Shown in pieces: positions 25,073-38,220 of a stretch of DNA of 64,000 bases. The DNA is from Octopus bimaculoides (lineage: Eukaryota): NCBI RefSeq assembly GCF_001194135.2, contig NC_068989.1:8342052-8406051 (forward strand), in the 5' to 3' direction. Numbering within the stretch: position 1 is the stretch's first letter; every line of letters begins with the position of its first letter. A program made the position numbers and the translations under genes. The notes beneath the pieces were generated by a model. The model was not told the origin of the DNA, did no database searches, and saw only the letters and a list, made by a program, of their open reading frames with translations.

Positions 25073-26424
25073 GTATAACTAGATTTGTCTCTATTTCTCC
25101 TTGTTTAAGATATGAAACGCCCTTAGTACGATTTTGTTCCCAGTAAAGTGCAAGAGAAATCCTAATCGATTTCTCAGCGATTACACAATATTGAGCATCA
25201 TCAGTAAGAGATCCATAAACCACCCCGCGTTTTATGAAAGCATGGCCATCGTTATTAGCACTTCAATCATCAACGTAACCATAAGACTCATAAGCAGCAA
25301 AGACAGAACGGACACAAATCTTACTCCGATTCTCTTACCACTACCACCATTTCAGCTGCTACCACCAACCAGCCACTATCACCAGCTTCACCACCTCGTC
25401 CACAACTACGAAAACCATAAGAAGTCAAACCATGATATCAAAACAAAAAAAAGACATCAAGCAAGGAGAAGAATGTCATCGATTCCTTAAAAACATTGAA
25501 TATTTTTCCACATAGTAATATAGATCTTTAGTATTGACCATCTTTTCCCATTCCTCAAGCGCCACAGATGGTTACTCATTATCAAAGTGTTGCTTGCTTC
25601 ACATAATAGTTGTATTCCTCTGGCAATATTTTCGGAAGAATATTAAAAAGCAAACCTCTAATGTAATATTTCTCTGCTATTATCTTTTCTTTTCCTATTC
25701 ATAGTATTTTCTTTTTTATCAGTTTTCCCCATCTTAGTTCTTTCTCCTCAATGAACAGCCCCTTCATAAGTATATCGCCCTCCCGGGATTTCCATATTCC
25801 GAAATAATAACTGAATAATTGATAACCAAAAAAAAAAAAAAATGGAATCGAGATGTTATAAGGGCGTTGTTTATATAACATGCACAAAATATGTTTATAT
25901 AAATATGTATACACATAAATAGATACATATATGTATGCATGCATATATATATATATATATANNNNNNNNNNNNNNNNNNNNNNNNNNNNNNNNNNNNNNN
26001 NNNNNNNNNNNNNNNNNNNNNNNNNNNNNNNNNNNNNNNNNNNNNNNNNNNNNNNNNNNNNNNNNNNNNNNNNNNNNNNNNNNNNNNNNNNNNNNNNNNN
26101 NNNNNNNNNNNNNNNNNNNNNNNNNNNNNNNNNNNNNNNNNNNNNNNNNNNNNNNNNNNNNNNNNNNNNNNNNNNNNNNNNNNNNNNNNNNNNNNNNNNN
26201 NNNNNNNNNNNNNNNNNNNNNNNNNNNNNNNNNNNNNNNNNNNNNNNNNNNNNNNNNNNNNNNNNNNNNNNNNNNNNNNNNNNNNNNNNNNNNNNNNNNN
26301 NNNNNNNNNNNNNNNNNNNNNNNNNNNNNNNNNNNNNNNNNNNNNNNNNNNNNNNNNNNNNNNNNNNNNNNNNNNNNNNNNNNNNNNNNNNNNNNNNNNN
26401 NNNNNNNNNNNNNNNNNNNNATAC

Positions 26425-26545
26425 AGGCGCGGGAGTGGCTGCGTGGTTCAGTGGCACCATGGCAAATGTCTTCTACTATAACCTCGGGCCGACCAAAGCC
26501 TTTTCAGAGGATTTGGTAGACGAAAACTGAAAGAAGCTCTCGTAT
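26425..26545 (+). mobile_element. SINE family A, internally deleted
   Basis: aggcgcgggagtggctgcgtgg|ttcagtggcacc...tcttctactataacctcgggccgaccaaagcc...gatttggtagacgaaaactgaaagaag. Confidence 0.8.
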
Positions 26546-27704
26546 ATATATATATATATATATATAAATTTAGGTATGTATGTATACACATACAAACACG
26601 CACACAACTATATTGAGAGGAGATGGTGAGGTCGTCGCGTCGTATTAGTTGAAGCTTCTCAAGTTTCCATTATAACGTATACACTTATAAAATATATGTT
26701 AACTTGTATACATATTGCATAAAATATCTGCATTCATATCTAAAAACTAAAACGCAAAACTCAGAGTAGCAACGGCTTAAAAATTACTTTAATTAATCTA
26801 ATTACGTAATGCACTGGTTAATTTTTCCTCTATTCAAATGTGTATGCATGAATGGTTGCGAGTGTGTGTCCTGTTGTATATGTCTACACACACCTATATA
26901 AATATATACACATGCACGCACATACGCTTATGTACATACATGGCTGTATGCGTTTCTCATACCTTAACACCAAGAAACATTTTTCGAGAAGATTAAAGTC
27001 CGAAATACGCTTCCGAAATACACAGAAAATAGGCATCTTTTAAAAAATCTATCAAAAATAATACATAACTGACAACTGGAGTTTTATTTCTCTGATAATT
27101 TTTTTAATATTACACCTGTGTGAAAAGAATTGTGTTGCTTTCATTCCCAAAGTTTTCCAGTCATAAGTTTGCATGTATTGCCTCGCCATCAACATCCACT
27201 ATATTGATCATTCTAATGTACAAGTGTTCCAAAAAGCTTTTGAAGGGACCAGCATTCTGATTGTAAGAGTGGGCAAATAACATAAATAATGTTTCTCGTA
27301 TTATTTGAAAACCTATACTATGATTTAGTTTTTACGTTCGTTTTTGTTTTACATTTTTGTTGCTTGTGTATTATAAATAACATGAATAAGATGTCAAATA
27401 TACATTTGTGCGTGTTGGAAGTCGTGTATAATGTTGATACATTAAAATAGCATGTATATCAATCGAATAGATTTTGGTAGTTTTCCTGTGATGATGATAG
27501 TGATGACGATCAGAGAAGTGACGATAATGATGATTACTGCAGTAGTAGTAGTAGTAATAGTAGTAGTGATGGGTGGAGTAGGATGGTGAGGAGCTGAAGA
27601 GGGTAATGGGAAGAGACAGTGTTAGGTGAGGTTGATGAAGACAAGAAAACGGGAGAGGCTAAGCATAACTCTAAGCAAAAAGCCAGCAATTTAAATGGAT
27701 CAAA

Positions 27705-27992
27705 TTAGTTGATACTCTCGACCCTAGTACATTACCGGTACCTTTTTTTTTTTGATCGCCCCTGAAAGGATGAACTGGAAAGTTGACCTCTGTGGTATTT
27801 GAACTCAGAATTTAGAACTAGAAGAAATGTTATATTATTATGACAAGCAGGCCTGAAATGCTTAGCGGCATTTCGTCCATATTTAGTTTTGAGTTCAAAT
27901 TCCACCGACGCCGACTATGCATTTCATCCCTTCGGGGACAACATAATCGACTTAACCACTCTCCCGAAATTGCTGGCCTTGTGCCAAAATTA
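27705..27992. mobile_element. Head-to-head inverted pair of SINE family B copies
   Basis: 27760-27810 versus the rc of 27887-27937 shows 40/51 identity, with a 76-nt spacer. Confidence 0.8.
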
Positions 27993-28009
27993 TTATTATT
28001 TATTATTAT

Positions 28010-28481
28010 AGACTTCGCACAGTATACAATATCGTGAGGTTGTTGATTGAAGATATTGTCTACAGGGGTTTTGTACTGTCTGTCAAATCACAACAAGGAC
28101 CTCAGACAGACATTATTTTCCGCAATATGTAATGCCGACTTTTGCAATACATCTAGATTGTAGGGTATCTCTAAGGTTTTCAGATGTTCCTTTCAGATTG
28201 GATGGTATTGAGCCCAGCCACATCTTAGCGATCTCAATTCTCAACACCATTTATTTACCAACTTTTTCTCTTTCTTTCATGGTGATATGTTGATCTGGCA
28301 CTGCTATGTCGATTATTGGGCACTCTTGTTTGTCCCTCCTAAAAGTTATTATATCTGGCCTTGTGTGCTGTAACACTTTGTCTCAAAATCAAAGTTCCAA
28401 AGGATCTTTGCCTTCTCCTCTTCGTCCATTACCTTTTCCGGTGTATGTTGGTACCAAGTACTCGTAATCTCATATCTATAC

Positions 28482-28483
<2 letters not shown>
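28010..28483 (-). mobile_element. 5'-truncated R4/Dong-type LINE (RLE domain plus 3' UTR)
   Basis: WYQHTPEKVMDEEEKAKILWNFDFE...RPDIITFRRDKQECPIIDIAVPDQHITMKEREKV...LRIEIAKMW...VLQKSAL. It has a short (TAA) tail at about 27992-28010. Confidence 0.82.
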
Positions 28484-28485
<2 letters not shown>

Positions 28486-28544
<59 letters not shown>

Positions 28545-28800
28545 GCTGTTGTTGTTGTCGTTGTTGTTATTTGATGAAAACTTACAGCTTACCTTGCTGG
28601 GTATGATGGAAAGTGTCAGCTGTCCAAAGCCAGCAATTGAAAATTATTTACTGGTCATGCTTCTAGAACTCCGCGAATATTTTTTGCAGTTCCAAGCAAT
28701 GTTGATTTCTGTAGGTGTTCTACATTTTCATTACTTTTGTTACTTATATTTTCTCTTGTTGGAACTCCTGGAGTCTTGTATGCGTAGCACGCTTAACACC
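28486..28800 (-). mobile_element. R4/Dong-type LINE extreme 3' end with (TAA)n tail
   Basis: The rc of about 28670-28715 reads LQKSTLLGTAKIFAEF* (compare QKIALLGTA at 8240). The (TTA)n array is at 28486-28544. Confidence 0.7.
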
Positions 28801-30166
28801 TGCAGCCTACGGTACCATGCTATTCGTTCTTTTCATCTATCTAATACTTGCCTGGTTATTCCGAAATACTTTTCCGCAATTATTTTTCTAAGAATCTTAA
28901 TTAACGGTCATTACTTTCTCCTTATTTCTAAATATACTGGCCATTATTGATTATTACAACATGAGTTGGTGAAATTTGGATGAAGAGATTAATAAGACTG
29001 AAACACGTTCGATGCTTTCAACAGTCGATTTTGAAGACAAGAACTACCCTTTGCCCCTATTTCTTGTAAAGTTAGCATATTCTCAGTGTTTTAGAATTTA
29101 AACACCTGAAGAGAGGAATTTGTAACAGCATGAACAATCTCAGGAAATCGAAGTTTTTCAGTATTTCATACTATTTTTATAGAAAGCTTCCATAAGTGAA
29201 CAAGGAATAGAAATCGTGCAGTGGAAAGTGTAGAGCGTCTAGTCTGCTGAAAAATTTTGTCTCGAAAACATCCAAGCGCAAACAAAAACGTATTTATTTC
29301 CCTATGCCAAAATGTATTTACCTGGCCACGTGATTTAATGTGAATATATCAGTTATGTTTCTTTTTTGATGAATCCCAAGTCAACCGTGATTGTGATGAC
29401 CTATGACCAAACATTTTCTAGCGGCGAATAACCTTTGTGCGTTTATCTATCCAAGGATATATATACCGTAAAATGCAACCCTTTCCTTTTTTATTATTAT
29501 TTAAGATGAAAGCGTATGGCATAAGTTAGAGCTGATATTTTGACTTCGGAATGGAGTCTTTCGTTGGTTCATAATCACGTATTCTCTAAATACGCCGTAT
29601 CTATTACATAATTAATAAATTTGATTTTAGTGTATCGGCGTTTACATTACTGCTACACGATTTTATATTTATTGACTCGTACCTTCTCTATTCCACTGTT
29701 AAACTTGTCAGACACATTAAAGAAACTATCTTCCCGATTTTTCATTTTGTAGTCGATATTTTTGTAAATTTATTATATTTATCGCATAACAAAATTCCTA
29801 TCATAATAAGTGCAACATCTCAATTTCTGTCTCTCGGTGATGTATTTTAAGCAATATGATTATATTTAATGTTATTTTGTCCAATCTCGTTAATTCGTAT
29901 GTTTACTACTTTATTACTTTTAATCTAAAGTTTATTACATGTACATCCTGTATACTACAACCCTTTCTCTCTGTTTCCAGCATTTACTTATTTTCTGTAT
30001 ACTATTCCGACGCATTACTTTTATTATCAAACCGATTATTATTAAAGCATTATTATAAATTCATTACTATTAAAATTGCCCTAAATCACTATCATGTTTA
30101 TTGTTGCAAAATAGGCATTAAATGTTGACAGTGATGGAGGGTGTTATGCATAAGTGTGTGCGTGTT

Positions 30167-30209
<43 letters not shown>

Positions 30210-32199
30210 GTATATATAAATGGAACAAAAACGCAATAGAGAGCATTAAAACGTTCAGACAGATAGACGATACAAAAGCGGACAAAAGAAACAACAATTA
30301 GAAGGACAGGCAAAAATAGACGGGTCATGCTTAGCTTTCTTTCATCAGTCAAGTCCCAGAATACTGAACATATTGAATTGCAAATATGGAATGATGATCT
30401 CTGATGAGGATCTCAGGACTGAAATGAGCAAATCCAGGAAATAGAAATCGCGTGGAATAGCCCTGTCTTCTGGTTGAGTGTCTGGCTGATTCCCATGGGA
30501 TATCAAGTCGTCTGTGTAATAACGTATTGTGCGAACCTTAAAGAATCTTCCTTGACTTGTAGGTGGAGTAACTTAAACACCAAACGTGATGAAACTTATA
30601 ACCCTTCCCAAACTACTGATCAATTATCTTTCAACTGTATACAACATACTAACATCTCCCATTAGTAAAGACACATATAGCCTTCTCCCGGATTACAAAA
30701 TATTCCCCTAACGAATAAAATGGCTGCGAACTTAGATCGTGTGGTTGTAAAACCCGCTTTTAATAAATTAAATCAGTCTCTGGGACTGCTATATGAGACA
30801 CAGAATTCTTTCTATTGCGTGGATTGATTGCAAAAAACCGTATGATAGCTGTCTCTATAGTTGAACTAACATATGATCGGAAATCTATAAAATCTCTCCG
30901 GTCGTTGGTAATTTTTGGTCAAATTGTATGACGTTTTGGAAAACCTCTCTAATGGTGAATGGAGAGAAATGTACTGTTAACGCTAGTCGTATTGATATAA
31001 ACTGTAATGTTTTTAAAAGGATTCTCTATCACCGATTCTCTTTTCAGTGACTCTCATTCCATCAAGTAGGCTATCAAATTATACCAGATACGAGTTCATA
31101 AAATACCACAGAAATAAAGCACAAATCACTCAACCATCTTTTTTTTTACATGAGTAATCTTACCTGTTTTCCAACAGGTCATAAAAAAAAACTAGAACGG
31201 TCTCTAACTGGAGTGAAACCGTTTAGTGACGATGTTGAAATGGAATTTCGCTTTGTACTCTTAAAACCCTATTGCATACAACTCTACAAGGCTACCAAAA
31301 TTAAGTAATTAGAATTTGAAGAAACCTACATGTACTCTGGTACGCGCAACGGGGATGACATCCAGTACCCACAATTGTCCATCATCGACGTTGTTGTTGT
31401 CGTTATTGTTTTTATAGTTCAGAATGAATGTCTGTAGACGCCTCACTCTTAGTATGTGCTTTTGTATTCTCATCCACACTATCTTTTAATCTTCCATGCT
31501 TTCTTAGAAGCAGCAGTTGGTGCTTCTGATTAAAAGAAACTCTCTCTCTTTTACAATAAACGAAAGAACATGCGTTCCAATTTGGTCCAATATTTTTTTC
31601 TTTTTCCTGGAGCAGTAAAAATAACACAAGATCAATGTTATATCGGAATAAGAAGATAAAGACTCCAAAAGTGGAATTAACCTGTATATTTGTAGTATAT
31701 CTGTGTGTACGTGTAGTTTAACCTCCTTCAATAACAACAACAAAATGACAAGTCTGAAGAACTACCAATGTATGTCGATAATAATTACGCTTCTTGCTTT
31801 GATTAAGAAAATATATAAAATAAATAATTAAAAAATATAATTAAATAAATAAAGGAACATAAAATTCATATATAAAACCAACTTGTGTAACATAATCACA
31901 ATAGATTTCTAATGTTCCTTTACAAACAATGCTTAGTCAGATAGGAAAGAAGTTGAAGAGTTCTTAGAATTTATCAACAGATTACATAGCGTTTCTTTGA
32001 AGTGATTTTCTAATAAGCCGGGTTTTTTTTTCTTTCAAATCTTTTGTGTTTGTGAAGCAATCCCGGAAATCGTTTGTAGTTGCCTTTAAAGAACATTTTT
32101 TCTTCTTCTTTAATAATATTTCCTGCATCAAACTCACCACCAAAACGTTCTACTTTAATATTTCTATTTCTATTTTTATTTTACTACGCTTCCCTGTTT

Positions 32200-32780
32200 A
32201 GTATTCAACATCACTGTCATCATCAGCATCATCGTCGTAGTCATCATCATAATCAATAACGTTGTCCTCGACATCGTGATTATCAAACTTATCGTCGTCG
32301 TAGTAGTCATCATCGTCGTCATCATCATCATCATCATCATCATCAGTAACAACTCCAGCACTAGCATTATTATTAATGTCATCCTTATCAAAATCAATAT
32401 CTCTATTATCTTAATGAAAATGAATTATAATTATCATTATCTTTAGTAGCAGCAACAGCATCAGCACTATCGCTATAAGAACGTTAAATGAATATAATAA
32501 TTATCATAATCAACATCATAATTACTAATATCGAAATCATCACCGCCACCAAAAACAACAACGACAGTAACACGATGTCCATCATCATCGTCAAAGTATC
32601 ATTCTCCCAACACAATCTCACTCACTTCACTAAAAATAATCACAAATTCAAACGTTGTGGACGGGTTATCATAATAATAATAATAATGATGATCATAATG
32701 ATGATGATGGTAATAATAAAGAACATTAACAATAATAATGATGACGATGATAATAATAATAATCATCACTAACATCATGA
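32200..32780. repeat. Degenerate (ATC)n/(AAT)n/(GAT)n trinucleotide region
   Basis: Directly visible; source of the poly-M/I/N ORFs. Confidence 0.85.
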
Positions 32781-33000
32781 TGAACGTTTAGTCATTATTG
32801 TCGATGCCTTAACCATAATTTTTATCCTCATTCTGATCACAATCAACGTTATTAAAATCGACATCTTCATTATTATAACGATCATAGCAATCGGTACAAT
32901 GATAAAAATAACTCGTTCTACATTGGCCAGAAAGACCTATTTGCACAAAAAAATTGTGTCATATGAATATGTTACAAAACACACAAAACCAAATGAAATC

Positions 33001-33040
<40 letters not shown>

Positions 33041-33044
33041 CTGC

Positions 33045-33170
33045 GTGTCGAAATCTGTCCCATTGCGTGGGACCTGGGTGCCTGGGGCAAGTCTCTTCTG
33101 CTATAGCCTCGGGCCAACCATATCCTTGTAAATGGATTTCGTAGACGGAAATTGAAAGACGTCCGTCATA
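33045..33170 (+). mobile_element. SINE family A fragment
   Basis: gcctggggcaagtctcttctgctatagcctcgggccaacc...ggatttcgtagacggaaattgaaagacgtccgtc. Confidence 0.75.
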
Positions 33171-35291
33171 TATATATATTTTAAATAAAATAGTGTACAA
33201 ATAATTATATGAAAAATATGTTGTCTGTTGACTTTATTACGCATGCTAGCAACCAGTAGGATAATTTTTCTAAATTTTCTACCCTTATTATTTTCACACA
33301 CACTATAGATATATAGATTGCTCTGCTTTGAAATTGATGTAATGATTGCATTGTTCAATTATGAAATGGTCGTACTGCATTACCTCTGGATATCTTTGTT
33401 GCTTATTTTGATTTAATCACCTTACTTTGAAATTGTATGGATAATACCGTACTAAATTCTGGTGCCTCAACTTAAGTACAATATTCATCTGAATCTATAT
33501 ATATATATATATAAATTATATAATTATAAAAATATAATTAAGGGCTCTGAAATTCAAGCGCCTATACGCTGGATGTAGATGTCAAATACCTACAATCCAC
33601 TCTAAGTTTGCTATCTATTTATAACCCCAGGTCAAATGTGAGGTAATGAGCAAGAAGATTTACAAAATTTCGGTTAATCCTATATCCTAAGATTTCATGC
33701 TCTCAGTAGCATGACACTGTAAGATATAGGATTATGCAGATTATTATATCTGTTTAGCGTGCTTACAGCGACAGTGCTGCAGATGCCTGAAGCAGTGTGC
33801 TGAATCAGAATAGTATAGAAGGGAATGAATTCAACCGTGGCCAAAGTATTGAAATGTTAATATCTGGCCGAAGAATTGAAATATTTAACTATAAAAATAC
33901 AAGGGTAAAAATTATTAAATTCTCTCTGCCAGAAATATTGAAATGACATGCTGCACTGCTTGGCATTCGCGTCAGAAGCTCCGATATATATATATTTACT
34001 TGTAAATGGATGCGTCCCGTTCAATTAAATAACAAATAGTAAATAATATCTAATATATATATGCATGCATATATGAACACAGGATATCACCAACCGTGCA
34101 AATAACATGAAATACGTAAGTAAACAAGCTGAATACGTAAACAACGAGAAAAAAATGGAAAACAGTCTTTCTCTGTGTTTACTTGTCTTGTTTTCCATTC
34201 TTTCTCGTTGTTTACGTATTTCATGCTATTTGTACCGTTTGTGATGTCTTGTACCCATACATGCATATATATATATNNNNNNNNNNNNNNNNNNNNNNNN
34301 NNNNNNNNNNNNNNNNNNNNNNNNNNNNNNNNNNNNNNNNNNNNNNNNNNNNNNNNNNNNNNNNNNNNNNNNNNNNNNNNNNNNNNNNNNNNNNGTATAT
34401 ATTGATATAAGTTAACAAAGCTGATTGAGAGCCATAATATATCATCTATCGGAGAAGTTATGCAAATGAACTCCGCCTCACATAAAAAAAAAAAAACTTA
34501 CATACAATTAACAAAACCGCGCCACACATAACTATATAGATCGTCGTCACTTTGCTATTCCTCATCCAATCGCGCTGCTGGAAATACGTTAAATTACAAA
34601 CCCAGTAGTCATGTAATATGAAAAGTTGATTTGAGGAAGAATAATACAGAATAAATTGCATGAAAATTAAAGATTAACTCCTCTTCCATATTTAGACACA
34701 CCCAGTCCGTTTGCTTAGCTGCTTTGCTCTTCTGTCATTCTGAGCAAGTTAGTTACGTCTCTGGTATACTGTATATTTACCAATTAGTATACCACTACAG
34801 TACCTCTTTCTTTCTTTTTCTTTCTCTCCTTCTCTCAGGCATTTTTCTCTCTCTCTATACGCATGCACACATGCGCACGTTATGAGAGGTATTTACGTGC
34901 ACAAGTGTAATAGTCTACTGCAAGACAATATACGACGTGTCCTATCCGTGTGACATTTAAGTTATAAAAAAAGTCGTAAGAAGGATGACCAAGTTATTGA
35001 TTCTGTTATAAAATCTATGATAAATAATCTATCTATCTATCTTTGTCTATGAATTTATAAATATGTGTATGTAAATGTTTATAGATATAGATAGATATGC
35101 GCACACAAACGCACACACACACAAGCGCGAATTAGTGAACAAAGGAAAGATTAGGGCAATCAAAAGATTAAGCTATAGTTTAATAACAGGTAAGCTCAGC
35201 GCCACATTACTTAAACTTACGTGCTCATAGGACAATCTCCACGAAACATTAAGTAATGTGAAGCTAAACCAGCATGTTTGATAAATGTTTT

Positions 35292-35329
<38 letters not shown>

Positions 35330-35356
35330 AAATGCATTATATATGAATATATGTAT

Positions 35357-35520
35357 TTTCCGGGTTCAGTACCACTACGTGGCACCTTGGGCAAGTGAAC
35401 ACTTATATATAAATGAAGTGTTTTGCTCAAGAACACAACGCGTCGCTCGGTCCAGGAATCGAACCCACAACCTTACGATCATGATGCTGACATTCTAACC
35501 ACTAAGCCATGCACCTTCAC
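35357..35520. mobile_element. Converging SINE A fragment (+) and SINE D head (-)
   Basis: The plus strand has ccgggttcagtaccactacgtggcaccttgggcaagtg. The minus strand has an A-box tggcttagtgg and a B-box ggttcgattcc, followed by ttgtgttcttgagcaaaacacttc. Confidence 0.75.
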
Positions 35521-35585
35521 ACACACACACACACACCCACACCCACACACATATATCTGTATATATAAATATATATGTATATATA

Positions 35586-35693
<108 letters not shown>

Positions 35694-35704
35694 GCATACA
35701 TAAA

Positions 35705-35865
35705 GTCGGCATTTCGGCCGACTTTTTGTCCTAAATTGAAATGCTATCCAGCTTAACTTTATCTTTCATCCTTTCGGGGTAGATAAAATAAGTACCAGTT
35801 GAGCATGATGTAATTGACTTAGCCCTTCCCACGAACTAACTGACCTTGTGCCATAATTTGAAACC
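35705..35865 (+). mobile_element. SINE family B, degraded
   Basis: ctttcatcctttcggggtagataaaataagtaccagttgagca...gaccttgtgccataatttgaaacc. Confidence 0.7.
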
Positions 35866-37667
35866 ATTATTGTTAGGGCTTCCTTAAGTTACACAAATGT
35901 AACAGAATTTATTATTCGTAGGGTTAAAGAGAAAGTCCGTCACGTTGGAAACTGTGTTCTTGGCAAGGTAATTATCTCTCCAACTGCACTTTGTAATTAT
36001 GGTTAAATCTTATCAAAAATGGTTTTAGAGAATCTATTCTTCTGGAAAATATATTCCTGCTTTCCTCCAATCAGAATGTTTTGTTCTATAATATAGCATT
36101 AAAAGAGTTCTCGACAACATTTTAGTTAAACATTCTCGCTTTGCAAAAACATTTTGTTTGTATTTAGGCACTTTCTTAATTGTGAAAAATATTAGAAATT
36201 ACAACGGCGAATACATTAAACTATAGCAAATAATTTTCCTTAGTTTCGAAATTTATTAGCTTTCCTTCACGCAACATTTACACTTTCCCTACAAGAACTT
36301 CTATTTATACATGACTACAATATAGTATATATATTGAGTGTTATGTGTGGTGTACAGATATAGAATATTGAAAAAANNNNNNNNNNNNNNNNNNNNNNNN
36401 NNNNNNNNNNNNNNNNNNNNNNNNNNNNNNNNNNNNNNNNNNNNNNNNNNNNNNNNNNNNNNNNNNNNNNNNNNNNNNNNNNNNNNNNNNNNNNNNNNNN
36501 NNNNNNNNNNNNNNNNNNNNNNNNNNNNNNNNNNNNNNNNNNNNNNNNNNNNNNNNNNNNNNNNNNNNNNNNNNNNNNNNNNNNNNNNNNNNNNNNNNNN
36601 NNNNNNNNNNNNNNNNNNNNNNNNNNNNNNNNNNNNNNNNNNNNNNNNNNNNNNNNNNNNNNNNNNNNNNNNNNNNNNNNNNNNNNNNNNNNNNNNNNNN
36701 NNNNNNNNNNNNNNNNNNNNNNNNNNNNNNNNNNNNNNNNNNNNNNNNNNNNNNNNNNNNNNNNNNNNNNNNNNNNNNNNNNNNNNNNNNNNNNNNNNNN
36801 NNNNNNNNNNNNNNNNNNNNNNNNNNNNNNNNNNNNNNNNNNNNNNNNNNNNNNNNNNNNNNNNNNNNNNNNNNNNNNNNNNNNNNNNNNNNNNNNNNNN
36901 NNNNNNNNNNNNNNNNNNNNNNNNNNNNNNNNNNNNNNNNNNNNNNNNNNNNNNNNNNNNNNNNNNNNNNNNNNNNNNNNNNNNNNNNNNNNNNNNNNNN
37001 NNNNNNNNNNNNNNNNNNNNNNNNNNNNNNNNNNNNNNNNNNNTATATATATATGTTTTACATCATTGTATTCCCTCAGGAATATTACCAATGTTTTCTT
37101 CGAAATATATGACGGAAGTTATAAAGATTTGAAGAACAACTGCGTTTAACTCCATTTCTTAATTTATCTATGTTACATAAAAACATTTCACTAAACATTG
37201 GAACTTCTACCTTTTTCAATAAGCTGGTACATCCTTGGCACATATGTGAATTTTTGCTAACCTGGTAACTATTTATTTTTTTTTTCCGTGTTATTTTTAA
37301 ACATTGATATATATATATAAGCAATAATAAATGTCTGAACTAGGTATAAACAGTAGGTGCACGACAACGTGAAGTACATTTGCCATTTAAATGTAGCTAA
37401 CCGCTAAGGGTAGATTCTACTGTAGCTTGTAGCCCCAGGAGGACACCTCCTCTAGCTGGCTATTGATACACTTTCTATGCCCTATCAATATTTGCAAAAG
37501 GAATCCATTCTTTCCATCTTCGACCAGACGTGATACACACGGACCCGGGTTTCTAGGTATTTACCCGTCATCAGCGCACGACAATCACCGGTCATCGATG
37601 CGAAGGGGTCCCAATGCAAATACATATATCCTTTTTGGTGTATAAATATAATCTCTACTTCTTGCTA

Positions 37668-38220
37668 GGGGAGGTCATTACTCCAATTATGATAAACACA
37701 CGCACTGGTTGAATTTTACTCATTTCTTGTTAGCTAATTGATTAGTTACCTAACCAACTAAATAATCGAACATTTAAGTTGTTGGTTAAACAATGAAACA
37801 ATCGTTTGTCAAAATACTCTCATCGCTGTTCTCGACCTCAATGATATAACTTGTCTCTCTGAGAACTAGTCCGATGTCTGTTCACATGTAAGCGTGTAGA
37901 GATGTGGAGATTTCTTCCTTTATTCTCAAGTTTCAATTCTGTAAATAACAACACCGTCTTAGCTCTACACCCCTACATGTAAAGAAACACAACAAAAGCT
38001 ACTTCTCAGACAGATGTGGACAAGAGAGATCGTATTATACATGAGGTTTCGAATAGCGATGAAAGGACTTTGACCAAAAACATGATTGATTGTTTAAGCA
38101 ATATTATTCAACAAACGATCGACATGTTAGGTGGTTAGGTAACGAACCAACTGACTAAGAATAAGGTAGTGAAATTGTACCAGTGCGTGCGTTGGTAATT
38201 GTTGGGGTTATGACCCACCT
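37668..38220. mobile_element. Long-TIR MITE / fold-back element, TA-flanked, unclassified
   Basis: Arms of about 190 bp are inverted. Shared blocks are ggtcat.ac.ccaa, cacgcactggt..aattt.act, gttacctaacca.ctaa, ttaaacaat, gtcaaa.t.ct.tcatcgct.ttc and acctca. Flanks are gcTA|...|TAga. Confidence 0.75.

Noticed and set aside
30325-30440. CTGATGA motifs on both strands (rc at about 30343-30349; plus at about 30401)
   Set aside because: I could not build a convincing stem II plus GAAA plus stem I around either. At best they are decayed relics.
31150-31200. AG|GTAAG on the minus strand resembling a recursive splice site, overlapping a plus-strand acceptor
   Set aside because: The pyrimidine tract is displaced from the AG and there is no evidence of a host transcript.
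35203-35260. 12-bp inverted repeat cacattacttaa / ttaagtaatgtg
   Set aside because: Short, AT-rich and does not extend; plausible by chance.
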